Shown: positions 31,937 through 45,100 of the stretch, piece after piece | How the letters are laid out: each line of letters starts with the position of its first letter | Numbering within the stretch: position 1 is the first letter of the stretch | Source: Macrostomum lignano | Lineage: Eukaryota | Reading direction: 5' to 3' | Length of the DNA: 64,000 bases | NCBI GenBank assembly: GCA_002269645.1 | Contig: NIVC01002012.1 | Location: forward strand, 124,001 to 188,000 | The notes under the pieces: model-generated | Databases searched by the model: none | What the model saw: the letters and a program-made list of their open reading frames with translations, nothing else | Told to the model about the DNA's origin: nothing | Position numbers and translations under genes: made by a program

Positions 31937-34156
31937 ATGACCGGGGCATCGAGTAGGTGAGCAAATTCTGATGAAGCTACTCTGGTGTTTTTTTGAGGCC
32001 ATAATAATTTATTTCAATTTATCAAGGACTGCAAGTGGAAAATGTTATAGAAGAGATGTCTTTATGAGTTCTTGGAAATTTCTGCAGGCTACTGTTTGTT
32101 CTAATTAAGGCAGAAATCTACAAATGCTGTGTCTGACAGAAGATTACTATCATTCATTAACAAAATTCATTCTATTCGTTAACAATTCGATATTCATCAA
32201 CAAAAGAAAGAAAAAATAATACAAGTTACATACCATGGTACATTAAACTGCATTAGATTGTTCAAACGACCAATGTCGATCAGTGATGAGAATTACACTG
32301 TAGCTAACGTATTTCGATGACTTTTTCAATTGTATTACTGAGTTTCATACTTTCTTTTCTATTTTTCAGTCGAAGAAAAACTAAAAATCGAGGAAAGCAC
32401 CGAATTCCGAAATCGAAACTATTCAAAGTTACACGTTCAGAATCCATTAAGCCGGGCACCGCCATCGCATTCTCAAACGGCCTGGTTCGGCAGCACGCTC
32501 TGGTTCTCGGGCCGGACAAAGTCAAGGTGCAGAATGGCTACATCGAAGTTGAGCTGATGTACTTTCGATATCATCGCTTACCCTCAAGGCTTAAGCTCAT
32601 ACCTGTGAAGAAGCGACTCAAGATTGACAAGATTCGCCGGATCGAGTACGAGTCTGGAGAGCCGCAACCTTCAGCTGTAGCTCGAGCACTCTCTCGTAAA
32701 TACGAACAAGACCACCATATCCAATGGAACAACTCCAGGGACTTTGTCAGGTGGTGCTGCATCGAGCATCCCAGCAACCGGGAGCAGTGCCGAGTGCCGA
32801 TCAATGATTTGAGACAGCTGATGGCTGACAATGGATCCAGGACTGAAAATGAAGTCGTAGAGAATTTGTTCACCGGGTGTCACATCGAGTTTACCCGTCT
32901 CGTACCGCTGACAAACATTCGCCTCTACAGCCATCACGCGTATCTGCACGAGCTGAAGATCCTTCAAGACGGACTGGCCGAGGGCGCCATGTACGAGAAG
33001 GGAACCTTGCATCCAAAAGTGTGTGAAAAGACAGTTGATCTCAGCAATGCAACGATCAAGTTGGTCAAGTACTCCGGTTTCAAGAAGCTGACTGGAGAGC
33101 TGGGCGAGACGAGGCTCAGGCAGGTCGAAGGTCGAACGTTTCTTGACGTCAGAGACCGCACGAAGGCTGGCAGCAAAGTGAGAGACTCCGACTTCTGCTT
33201 CTGGTTCATGACGGGCGCTGATCTAGAATATTTGTTTGGCCGCAGGTTGAAGCAGCTGCAGAAGAACGTTAACGAGCTGGCCAAACTTAAAGTTTTGTAC
33301 GAGCACTCTGACACTTTTGCCAGAATCGAGAGTGCAACTCTTGAAAAGTTGAGAGACGGGGGAAGCCAGCCTCTGAAGCCGTTCAGCCACCTGATTGTCG
33401 AGACAAAAGAGACGCGATGCCGCTGCAGTGAAAAGACTCAAGTGCGCCACTACGTATTTAAAAACTGGAGCGAAAATTCCCGAGACAAGATGGAAGCCGT
33501 CACTTTCGCCGTTACCAAAGACGCGGGCTGTCTGCAGACAGAAGTTCAACAAGTGAAATCCATCGTTAGAGTCACTGGATCGAACCAGGTAGTCAAGGTC
33601 GTTGACGACCAGCACCCAGAGTCAATGACTGTGAAAGAAAATTTCGAAGCCCAAAAAGAAGACAAAGAGTACAATCTAATCTGCAATAACTGCGAGCACC
33701 TTGTCAACCAATTGAAGTACGGAGAGAAGAGCAGCGAGCAAGTGGAATGCTGCTTGCCTGGAAGCAAAATGAGAATCTTCGGCGGTCTGATTTGGACCGT
33801 TATAAGAGTGAGCTGAGCTGAGTTGTCTGTGTTGCTGCTCAAGGCGTTGGAACTCGGTCTCGTGCGACGAACGCCAACAGCGCGTCGCTAACATCGTTTT
33901 GCCGTCGTTGTTTGCTTTGGCCGCGATTGTTTTAGGCGCCATATTGACGGAGCTGACCGTTGTCAAAGATATGGTATGGTGGCGGAGACTACTCATCGTT
34001 GCTGGAATCGGGTTATTTTTCCTGTTGCTGGGCAGCACTCTGACAAGAATTCCTTCTCTGTGCAGGTCGAGCCACTGCTATGTTTGTTGCGAAAATCAAG
34101 CCAAAGAAAGTGACGAAAGAAGTCAAAATTATGCTACTGCAGAAGAGGAAGTGTGA
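31937..34156 (+). pseudogene. Triple LRAT/PLAAT protein copy 2, truncated by a deletion in the transmembrane region
   Basis: Exon 31937..31956 (MTGASS) + 32370..33816. About 90 bp is missing relative to copy 1 near 33800, giving TGA at 33814..33816; the remaining TM and tail (to 34156) are in another frame. NCEHL motif retained. Confidence 0.75.
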
Positions 34157-35656
34157 CAAATGAACATAGCCAAAAACAATAAAAGGTGCATTTCAGCATC
34201 TTGAAAAACTCCCTGATTAATCAAGGTCCCTTTTTAATTGGCTCGTATTTGTCCTGCGCATTGTGCTTATTTTAGAACGTAGTGTTTTTGTATTGAAACT
34301 TTTTACGAGCGTATTAATCAAAACCAATTGTTTTTACACTTTAAGCGTAGTTTTGGTTTTCATAAAAGTGAAAGCTACTTACCCTGGTAGCTACCAATTG
34401 TTTTTTTTCTACACAAGAAATATTTACTCAATGCTTATTTACACTATAGTGTCTGTTTTGTACTTTAAAGTTTCTCTACAGTTTTTATTATAAGACCACG
34501 CTTGACAATTTTTACTTAGAATTGGAGCTTTAGCTACACCTGTTTTTTACTTCGGTATGAATTATCGCAATGATCAACATGACTTACATAAATACAGATG
34601 ATTACAGCAGATTATGAAACATGATCGCTCTTTGTTTCAATTGTCTTCTGAAAGCAAGCATATATAAATAAAGTAGACTCTACATTGGAAGCTTATTTTT
34701 AAAAGCGGTAGTCTATTTGGAATTTGCAAAGAGTCCAGTAGAGTCCATATTCACCATAGACGAAGAAGTGAAATCACCGGGCAATTTGGTCATTTTGCTA
34801 TCAATTTGGCTTATTTCCCAAGCAACAAACTCCAAACCAGTCAAGTGTGCTCTTTTCTAATTAGCCACGTCTGCCTGCTACGAGCTATTTAACCCCAATA
34901 GCTCGCAGTTAAAACCAAATTGATTTCTGTTGCCTATGGCTTCTAAGTAAAATAGGCGTACACTGTACTGTTGGCTGACGGCCACGCGCACCAATTTGAA
35001 TGAAGAAAAAACAAAATTGGAATGGACAAATGTATAATATCTAACCATTTTCACAATAACTCTACACTGATGTCATCCACCAATGTCATTATCGATTGAA
35101 ATCAATCCAGAGGCAGCCGAGGCGAATGAAAAGACGACTGAGTCGCCTACGATGGAAAGAGCTGAATTTTTCTGTCATGTGAATAACTTTCCCATTTGGA
35201 CTGACTTATACGTTTTAATGCAGTTTGCTAAACGCAATTCACGTTTTATTCTGGATGATTGCATGAATCCATTTTAAATTTCTTTTAATGTAGCATCGGG
35301 GTAAATGCTTCTGTAAATAGCTTCAAATGGGCTCTGAGTTATGTAGCAAGCAAGCAAGCGCGACTACAGAAAGCCATCTCACCCCAAAGCGTTGCATGTT
35401 TGACTTTGATCAACAAGCTGGATTTACTGTGGATTCTTTTTTTCTGAGCGACTTTTCTACGCGTGTATAAAGGTTTTAACTTGAGCTTTGTTTCCAAGCT
35501 GCTTTGCACCACGATCGCAAGAAGAATATCGCTCAAAAAACAAAGCAATAATGAATTTTACTGCTCTGATTCTCTGTTTTACTATAATAATTAATGTCTT
35601 TGGTAAGTGACATCAAGTTTGAGTCGAATATTTAATGCTTATGATTCAACCAGATC

Positions 35657-37283
35657 TATCACATGATCCACTAAGATTTGTCACATGATCCACCTAGATC
35701 TGTTACATGATCCTCCTAGATGTGTCACATGATCCATTCTCATTTGTCACATGATTCATTCTGATCTGTCACATGATCCATTCTGATCTGTCACATGATC
35801 CACTCTCATCTGTCACATGATCCATTCTCATTTGTCACATGATCCATTCTCATTTGTCACATGATCCATTCTGATCTGTCACATGATCCACTCTCATCTG
35901 TCACATGATCCATTCTCATTTGTCACATGATCCATTCTCATTTGTCACATGATCCATTCTGATCTGTCACATGATCCACTCTCATCTGTCACATGATCCA
36001 TTCTCATCTGTCACATGATCCATTCTGATCTGTCACATGATCCATTCTCATCTGTCACATGATCCATTCTGATCTGTCACATGATCCATTCTCATCTGTC
36101 ACATGATCCATTCTCATTTGTCACATGATCCATTCTCATCTGTCACATGATCCATTCTCATCTGTCACATGATCCATTCTGATCTGTCACATGATCCATT
36201 CTCATCTGTCACATGATCCATTCTCATTTGTCACATGATCCATTCTCATCTGTCACATGATCCATTCTCATCTGTCACATTATCCACTCTTATCTGTCAA
36301 ATGTCCACTCTCATCTGTCAAATGTCCACTCTCATCTGTCACATTATCCACTCTCATCTGTCACATTATCCACTCTCATCTGTCACATTATCCACTCTCA
36401 TCTGTCAAATGTCCACTCTCATCTGTCACATGATCCACTCTCATCTGTCACATGATCCATTCTCATCTGTCACATGATCCACTAAGATTTGTCACATGAT
36501 CCACCTAGATCTGTTACATGATCCTCCTAGATGTGTCACATGATCCATTCTCATTTGTCACATGATTCATTCTGATCTGTCACATGATCCATTCTCATCT
36601 GTCACATGATCCATTCTCATCTGTCACATGATCCATTCTGATCTGTCACATGATCCATTCTCATCTGTCACATGATCCATTCTCATCTGTCACATGATCC
36701 ATTCTCATCTGTCACATGATCCATTCTGATCTGTCACATGATCCATTCTCATCTGTCACATGATCCATTCTGATCTGTCACATGATCCATTCTCATCTGT
36801 CACATGATCCATTCTCATTTGTCACATGATCCATTCTCATCTGTCACATGATCCATTCTCATCTGTCACATTATCCACTCTTATCTGTCAAATGTCCACT
36901 CTCATCTGTCAAATGTCCACTCTCATCTGTCACATTATCCACTCTCATCTGTCACATTATCCACTCTCATCTGTCACATTATCCACTCTCATCTGTCAAA
37001 TGTCCACTCTCATCTGTCACATGATCCACTCTCATCTGTCACATGATCCATTCTGATCTGTCACATGATCCACTCTCATCTGTCACATGATTCATTCTCT
37101 ATCTGTCACATGATCCATTCTCATCTGTCACATGATCCACTCTCATCTGTCACATGATCCATTCTGATCTGTCACATGATCCACTCTTATCTGTCAAATG
37201 TCCATTCTCATCTGTCAAATGTCCATTCTCATGTGTCACATGATCCATTCTCACCTCTCAAATGATCCACTCTCATCTGTCAC
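35657..37283. repeat. 22 bp minisatellite (same family as 25048..26183)
   Basis: Direct inspection; includes a restart of the array head at ~36475. Confidence 0.95.
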
Positions 37284-37589
37284 ATCAAAAAATTGCAGGT
37301 TGTGCTAACGGCCATGTCTGGTTTCAAAAGTGACGTCATAAACGTTACCGGAGTCGCTTCGGTAGTTGATTGTCTGGCTCTGTGCCAAGAGAACCTGGGC
37401 GTTCTCGCGGCCATGAGCAAAGCCGAGAAACTGTCGAATTGTCAAGGTTTTCGACGCGTTGAATTTGACGGGACCGCCCGGAGTTCACGCTGATCGACTG
37501 ATTCAAGCGGAGCTCGGAGACCGCGTCTGGCTGGCTGAGAGCTTTGAAAGCCTCACGTTTAACTACTCGATTCGAGTGTTCACCAGTAA

Positions 37590-38093
37590 TTATCACTGAA
37601 CTGATTGGGGATTATCACTGATTGGGGATTATCACTGATTGGGGATTATCACTAATTGGGGATTATCACTGATTGGGGATTATCACTGATTGGGGATTAT
37701 CACTGATTGGGTATTATCACTGATTGGGGATTATCACTGATTGGGGATTATCACTGATTGGGGATTATCACTGATTGGGGATTATCACTGATTGGGGATT
37801 ATCACTGATTGGGGATTATCACTGATTGGGGATTATCACTGATTGGGGATTATCACTGATTGGGGATTATCACTGATTGGGGATTATCACTGATTGGGGA
37901 TTATCACTGATTGGGGATTATCACTGATTGGGGATTATCACTGATTGGGGATTATCACTGATTGGGGATTATCACTAATTGGGGATTATCACTGATTGGG
38001 GATTATCACTGATTGGGGATTATCACTGATTGGGGATTATCAATAATTGGGGATTATCACTGATTGGGGATTATCACTGATTGGGGATTATCA
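37590..38093. repeat. 17 bp minisatellite (CTGATTGGGGATTATCA) filling intron 2 of GRD copy 3
   Basis: Direct inspection; unit contains no AG. Confidence 0.95.
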
Positions 38094-39621
38094 CGGAACT
38101 GAACTCCGCAAACAGCAGCTCCAGCAGGAACGGATCCATCCAGCTCGCTCTGATCAACGTCACCGGCTGCTACCGCATCGAGGTGGCCGGAGCCAAAGGC
38201 GGCGACAACCCGTTCAAACCGACTCTGGGAGGTTTCGGCGCCGTCACAGCTGGCAGCTTCAACCTGACAGCCGGCACCCGGCTCTCCATCGTGGTCGGAC
38301 AAGCGGGAACTCCTGCTAGTTCGTCAGGAACCGGAGCCGGCGGCGGTGGAGGCAGCTTCGTGTACCGGACTGCGGATCAGCGGCTGCTGATTGCGGCTGG
38401 CGGTGGCGGTGGCGGCTGCTCATCTAATCGAAAATTTGGTAACTCAATTCTCTTTTTTAAAGAAAAGTTGTGCTTTAAACTGACAAAGTCGTGCTTTTAT
38501 TGACAAGGTGGACAACCCGGTCAGATGGGCACGGCTGGGACAGACTCCATCGGTGGTTTCGACTCAAACAAAGGCTTCGGTGGTGCGCCAACGGGCAGCC
38601 GGGGCTCAACAATCCGAACCGTACTGTGAGAAATGCGTTTCACGGCGGCTGCTGTGCCGGCTGGCTGGGCCGGGCCGTCAACCCGAGGCGAAGCTCTGGC
38701 GACGGCGAGCGAGGCGGCGATCTGGCCGACGGCTGGGTCGGCGGCAGAGCTGGAGACGAAGGCACCGGCGACGGCGGCTTCGGCGGCGGCGGCGGCGGCG
38801 GCGGCGGCACAGATTCGAACCGAAGAGGAGCCGGCGGAGCTGGCGGAGGCTTCAGCGGAGGCGGAGCCGGATTGGGTATGTCTCATTCCGGAGGCTTCAG
38901 CGGAGGCGGAGCCGGATTGGGTATATCTCATTCCGGAGGCTTCAGCGGAGGCGGAGCCGGATTGGGTATGTCTCATTCCGGAGGCTTCAGCGGAGGCGGA
39001 GCCGGATTGGGTATGTCTCATTCCGGAGGCGGCGGCGGCTCGTTCTGCAGCGGCAGCGACTGCGCCACCGTGACGGGCGGCAACTCGGCCGACCCGCAGG
39101 GCCGCGTTGTACTGCGATTGCTGGCTGCTTCGTTCTGCTAGGGATTCAATTCGAAGCACTGTCGTCGGCAACTTTTAGAAGAGAGAACGCCGAGCAAAAC
39201 AAACTCTGATCATTGATAGTCAACTACTTTTCCTTCAGAAAGTTTAGATAAACTTTTTGGATTTTACTGCTTTGGATTTGCTTGTTATCAACGTTTCTCG
39301 ACAACATTTTTGAAGCTTTACGACCAATGAGTTTTCGTACATCGATATAATAAAATAAGTGCATTCAAAAGAAATTAATATTGTTCAAGTGTTGCTTATT
39401 TTGCTTGAAATACACGCGTTGCCAAGCACACTACTTTTAAGTAGACTGCTACGGAATTTTAATGCTTGCGCATGAGCTCCCGCACAGAACCCACCCACCC
39501 ATTTTGCACCGGTCTCGAGTGTATAAAAGCTCTTAAATTGGTTCATTCTTTTCTCTCTGTCACTGCCTGATCTCTTTACGCTCGTATCTTTGCTCGTATC
39601 TTTCTTAGAGAGGCTCTGAGC

Positions 39622-41782
39622 ATGGCAAATCAAACTGACTTACTCGCCGCCGTTCGCGCTGCCCTCAGCAACGCGGATGCTGACAAGCTCCTTCCACTAT
39701 GTCGCAAGCTGGAGTCAAACGTCGTCATCATCATCAACGGGCATGAGCAATCCGTCGCGCACCATGTTGCCGCTTTGCTCAATGGTATTCGCTGCGTTGA
39801 GGCGCTCATTAAAAAGCTGGGACCGGGCTGTCTCACCTGCATAAACAAGAGCTACAACACCCACGTGCACCTGGCCGCCCTGTACCAAGAGCAGGACTGG
39901 ATGAAAGTCATACATCGAGCCCTCGGTTCCGATTGCTTCCATCAGCCGGGTCAATTCCAGCGCACTGCCATCCACTGGGCTGCCGAGAACAAACTGAGCA
40001 ACTCCTCGCTCAAATGGCTGGTGAAAAAGCTCGGCACTGCTTGCCTCTCCGTTCGAGACGAGCACGGCAACACTCCCGTCCACCTGGCCGCCTTGTGTCA
40101 GGGCGAAGACTCGATGCATTTCTTCAAGTCAGTTTTGGGCTCCGACTGCTTCCATCAGCCGGGCCAGTTTCAACGGTCCGCCATCCACTGGGCAGCTACA
40201 AACGGAGTGAATAACGCCACTTGGAAATGGCTGGTTAGTGACTGCGGAAGCGACTGTCTTACCGTTAAGGACGAGCACGAGAACACGCCCATCCATCTCG
40301 CAGCTTGGAGGCAGGGCGAAGAATCGATTAAGATTTGCGCGGCGCAGCTCGGCTTCGAATGCTTCCACCAGGAAGGCCAGCACGGGCGCACCGCCGTCCA
40401 CTTCGCCGCCATGAACGAGCTCTACAACAGCAGTCTCGAAGTTCTTATTTCAATTTGCGGTCCGAAATGCTTGTCAGTTAAAGACTCATATGGTACGACA
40501 CCTGCTCACCTCGCTGCCCAATACAAAGACCTCGACTCGTTGCGCCTCGTTGTAAAATCTTTGGGCGACTCCGTTTTTGAACTCGTCGATAACGAGGGCA
40601 AGACGGTGGCTGACTACGCCGAGAACAACGCTGAACACAGGCACCGAATGCTCCAGTGGATCCAAGAGTACCGGAGGCAGCAACAGTCGCTGCCGGAGAA
40701 GATGGACGACCTGCAGTTGCAGAAACAGCAACAGGAGTCGCCTAACAAAGACGGACAAGGACCGGCTAAAAAGTAAGGCCCAGACTGCCTGTCCCCCATT
40801 TGTCCTTCGGTGGCATTTCAAACGTAAACTATTTTACTTTCCAGGTTGAAGATAGACCCGAACTTCACCAAGTGGGATTTTCTACTCGACGGCCAGGGCA
40901 AGAAGCAGAAGATCGGCGAAGGCGCATTCGGCAAGGTGTACAAAGCCTTAACTGACAAACACCAGACTGTGGCAGTCAAGATTGTCTACTTGCAGGCCAA
41001 CGGCGGCACCGAGTCTGTCAACGCGGCCATCGAGCGGGAACTTTTCGAAGTCTCCATCCTGAGAGGCATGCAGCATCATAACATTTTGAAGTTCATCAAG
41101 GCGGAGCGCTACAAAAAACACATGCTGAGCATCTTCACTGAGCTCATCGCTGGCCAGAGTCTCTATGATTTGATGCAGAAGCAGCAAAAGCCGTTTGATG
41201 AATCTGCTGTCAAGGACTTTTCAAGACAAGTGAGCATTAAGTTTTGTTTTAAACAAGTTGTATTATAATGCTTGCCTTCATTTATGTTATCAAAACTATT
41301 ACTCGATTTTACAGATTTGCACAGCCCTCAACTACCTGCACAATCGCGATCCAGCCACGCTGCACCGGGACATCAAGTGCAGCAATATCATGCTCAACCA
41401 CAAAGGCGTCATCAAGCTAATCGATTTCGGTCTGGCCAAGGAGATTCTCACTAGCATCGTTGGCAGCTACACTTTCTGTGGCACCGTCTGTTTCATGGCC
41501 CCCGAGCTGTTCAGCAACGAGACCACAATCGTGTACTCGCCCAAGAGTGACGTGTGGGCGTTTGGCTGCACAGTTTTCGAAATGCTAACCATGGATCCTC
41601 CCAATGGTGAGCTGGATTTCACCCTGATCCCAGACAGGATCATCAACTGCGCTATGCCAGATCTACCAAGAAGTGTCTCAGGCAGTCTGTGGGATTTCTA
41701 CCTGCGCTGCGTGCTGAGGGATCCCAGGGGCCGGGCGGATACCGAGGAACTGCTCCAGCACGAGTTTCTGAGCGATGGCTGA
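39622..41782 (+). CDS. Ankyrin-repeat + Ser/Thr protein kinase (STE11/MEKK-like domain)
   Basis: Exons 39622..40772, 40845..41229, 41315..41782 (phases 2,0). Repeated T..HLAA/T..HWAA ankyrin motifs; GEGAFGKV, VAVK, HRDIKCSN, DFG, GT..FMAPE and SDVWAFGCTVFEMLT all intact; TATAAAA at ~39522. Confidence 0.88.
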
Positions 41783-41879
41783 CAACACTTCGAAAGTTTG
41801 AAACCATGCTTTTTGTAAAGATTTTACAATGAAACTAAATTATTATGATATAATTTTACAGCACTAATTTGTAGCCGTG

Positions 41880-42730
41880 AACCATCAGAGACATGTTCCT
41901 GAGCATGAGTCACCATCAGAGAGATGTTCCCGAGCATGAGTCACCATCAGAGAGATGTTCCCGAGCATGAGTCACCATAGAGAGATGTTTCCGAGCATGA
42001 GTCACCATCAGAGAGATGTTCCCGAGCATGAGTCACCATCAGAGAGATGTTCCCGAGCATGAGTCACCATAGAGAGATGTTCCCGAGCATGAGTCACCAT
42101 AGAGAGATGTTCCCGAGCATGAGTCACCATAGAGAGATGTTCCCGAGCATGAGTCACCATCAGAGAGATGTTCCCGAGCATGAGTCACCATAGAGAGATG
42201 TTCCCGAGCATGAGTCACCATAGAGAGATGTTCCCGAGCATGAGTCACCATAGAGAGATGTTCCCGAGCATGAGTCACCATAGAGAGATGTTCCCGAGCA
42301 TGAGTCACCATAGAGAGATGTTCCCGAGCATGAGTCACCATAGAGAGATGTTCCCGAGCATGAGTCACCATAGAGAGATGTTCCCGAGCATGAGTCACCA
42401 TAGAGAGATGTTCTTGAGCATGAGTCACCATAGAGAGATGTTCTTGAGCATGAGTCACCATAGAGAGATGTTCCCGAGCATGAGTCACCATAGAGAGATG
42501 TTCTTGAGCATGAGTCACCATAGAGAGATGTTCTTGAGCATGAGTCACCATAGAGAGATGTTCCCGAGCATGAGTCACCATAGAGAGATGTTCCCGAGCA
42601 TGAGTCACCATAGAGAGATGTTCCCGAGCATGAGTCACCATAGAGAGATGTTCTTGAGCATGAGTCACCATAGAGAGATGTTCTTGAGCATGAGTCACCA
42701 TAGAGAGATGTTCTTGAGCATGAGTCACTA
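41880..42730. repeat. 30 bp minisatellite (CATGAGTCACCATAGAGAGATGTTCCCGAG)
   Basis: Direct inspection; source of ORFs 42039..42770 and 42168..42731. Confidence 0.95.
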
Positions 42731-43114
42731 GATTGATGTTATTAACCCAAGTATGTACTCGTACCTGCACAAATACTGTATTGACTGAAAGTGTTAAGTT
42801 ACTCTAGTATATTTTTTATGTTTGTTTTATTACTAGACCACTATTTGATATTCAAACAGAAAATTTCACCTTCTGAAAACCACGAGCAGCTTTGCTCAAA
42901 AATGTTAATTTTATTGCCCCAAAATATATTAGCTTCTGTATCACCTGAAAAACTTGTTATTACCACTTTAACACATTTGTGCTTAAAACGCAAAAAGAGA
43001 AAAAATTACATGTAAGTAAAATTGTAAATATGTAAAAATTAAAATGTTTTGAGCAAAAATTTAGTTCGATTTTGTAGTTACAATATCAAACGGTTCGACA
43101 ATGACAATGGGAAC

Positions 43115-44240
43115 GACAGAGAGACAGGGGGAGAGACGAAGGGAGAGAGACGAAGGGAGAGAGGGAGACAAGGGGAGAGGGAGACAAGGGAGAGAGAGAC
43201 AAGGGGAGAGAGAGACAGGGGAGAGAGAGACAGGGGAGAGAGAGACAGGCGAGAGAGAAACAGGGGAGAGAGAGACAGGGGAGAGAGAGACAGGGGAGAG
43301 AGAGACAGGCGAGAGAGAAACAGGGGAGAGAGAGACAGGGGAGAGAGAGACAGGGGAGAGAGAGACAGGCGAGAGAGAAACAGGGGAGAGAGAGACAGGG
43401 GAGAGAGAGACAGGGGAGAGAGAGACAGGGGAGAGAGAGACAGGGGAGAGAGAGACAAGGGGAAAGGGATACAATGGAGAAGGAGTCTGAGGGAGAGAGG
43501 GAGACTGAGGGGAAGACGGAGACTGAGGGAGAGAGGGAGACAGAGGGGGAGACAGAGGGGGAGACAGAGGAGGAGACAGAGGGGGAGACAGAGGGGGAGA
43601 CAGAGGGGGAGACAGAGGGGGAGACAGAGGGGGAGACAGAGGGGGAGACAGAGGGGGAGACAGAGGGGGAGACAGAGGGGGAGACAGAGGAGGAGACAGG
43701 GGGGAGACAGAGGGGGATACAGAGGGGGAGACAGAGGGGGAGACAGAGGGGGAGACAGAGGGGGAGACAGAGGGGGAGACAGAGGAGGAGACAGAGGGGG
43801 AGACAGAGGGGGAGACAGAGGAGGAGACAGAGGGGGAGACAGAGGGGGAGAGGAAAACTGAGGAGAGAGGGAGACAGAAGGGGAGAGGGAGACAGAGGGG
43901 GAGAGGGAGACAGAGGGAGAGAGGGAGACAGAGGGGGAGAGGGAGACAGAGGGGGAGAGGGAGACTGAGGGAGAGAGGGAGACAGAGGGGGAGAGGGAGA
44001 CAGAGGGGGAGAGGGAGACTGAGGGAGAGAGGGAGACAGAGGGGGAGAGGGAGACAGAGGGGGAGAGGGAGACTGAGGGAGAGAGGGAGACAGAGGGGGA
44101 GAGGGAGACAGAGGGGGAGAGGGAGACTGAGGGAGAGAGGGAGACAGAGGGGGAGAGGGAGACAGAGGGGGAGAGGGAGACAGAGGGGGAGAGGGAGACA
44201 GAGGAGGAGAGGGAAACTGAGGGAGAGAGGGGAGACAGGG
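43115..44240. repeat. Compound GA-rich microsatellite (GAGACAGGGGAGA / GAGACAGAGGGG units)
   Basis: Direct inspection. Confidence 0.95.
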
Positions 44241-44863
44241 AGAAACGAAATACTGTATATGTGAATGCCGTAGTTTGCAGAAATTGCGAGTGGCAAACAC
44301 GCAAGCACGTTATATCAGCTAAAACGCAGCCTCAAACTGTTTCATTTTAAAGTAATCTTTTTCTTTAAAATGAAGTGGCCGAAGCTCAGTGTGAGAAGGC
44401 CAGGCTTTAGGTTTCTCGCGCCATATTTGTTACGAATGAGCACAAAATATTTTTTGTACTGAAATTCGGCTCGGCAAAAAGTTCAAGACAGTAAAAATAG
44501 AAACTGAAACTCATGAGGCTAAGAGCTAGAGATGGTTGAGATTGTCAGAGACACTTGACAATAGGACAGGCCTTGAGGTAAGAAATAAGACACATTTTTT
44601 CGGAGAGAGTTTAATGGGTCCAGTGTGCAAGAGTGGCAGGGGGGTTCTATTACAGAAGAGACTGCAGGCGCATCTCCCAGGTACGAGCTATGCCCCGCAT
44701 CTCATATGCACCTATGCTACATAGCTCTGTCTTACTAAGTATACAAATTTTGATTTCCAAGTTTCTGTTGCAACTTTTTGAAGAATAGACTGTTCCTGCG
44801 AATATTGGTACTTATAGTACAGTGGATCGTTTTACAACGAATAAAAATATTTACCGCACAGGC

Positions 44864-45100
44864 AGTCAGTCAGTCAGTCAGTCAGTCAGTCAGTCAGTCA
44901 GTCAGTCAGTCAGTCAGTCAGTCAGTCAGTCAGTCAGTCAGTCAGTCAGTCAGTCAGTCAGTCAGTCAGTCAGTCAGTCAGTCAGTCAGTCAGTCAGTCA
45001 GTCAGTCAGTCAGTCAGTCAGTCAGTCAGGCAGTCAGTCAGTCAGTCAGTCAGTCAGTCAGGCAGTCAGTCAGTCAGTCAGTCAGTCAGTCAGTCAGTCA
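44864..45100. repeat. (CAGT)n microsatellite
   Basis: Direct inspection. Confidence 0.95.

Larger units (their letters stand above)
35551..39141 (+). pseudogene. GRD family copy 3, full exon set but frameshifted
   Basis: Exons 35551..35602, 37299..37585, ~38085..38438, 38508..39141. 38-bp deletion at ~37324 (relative to copy 2) gives an early TGA; further frameshifts near 37430 and ~38587; no in-phase acceptor for exon 3. Confidence 0.8.
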
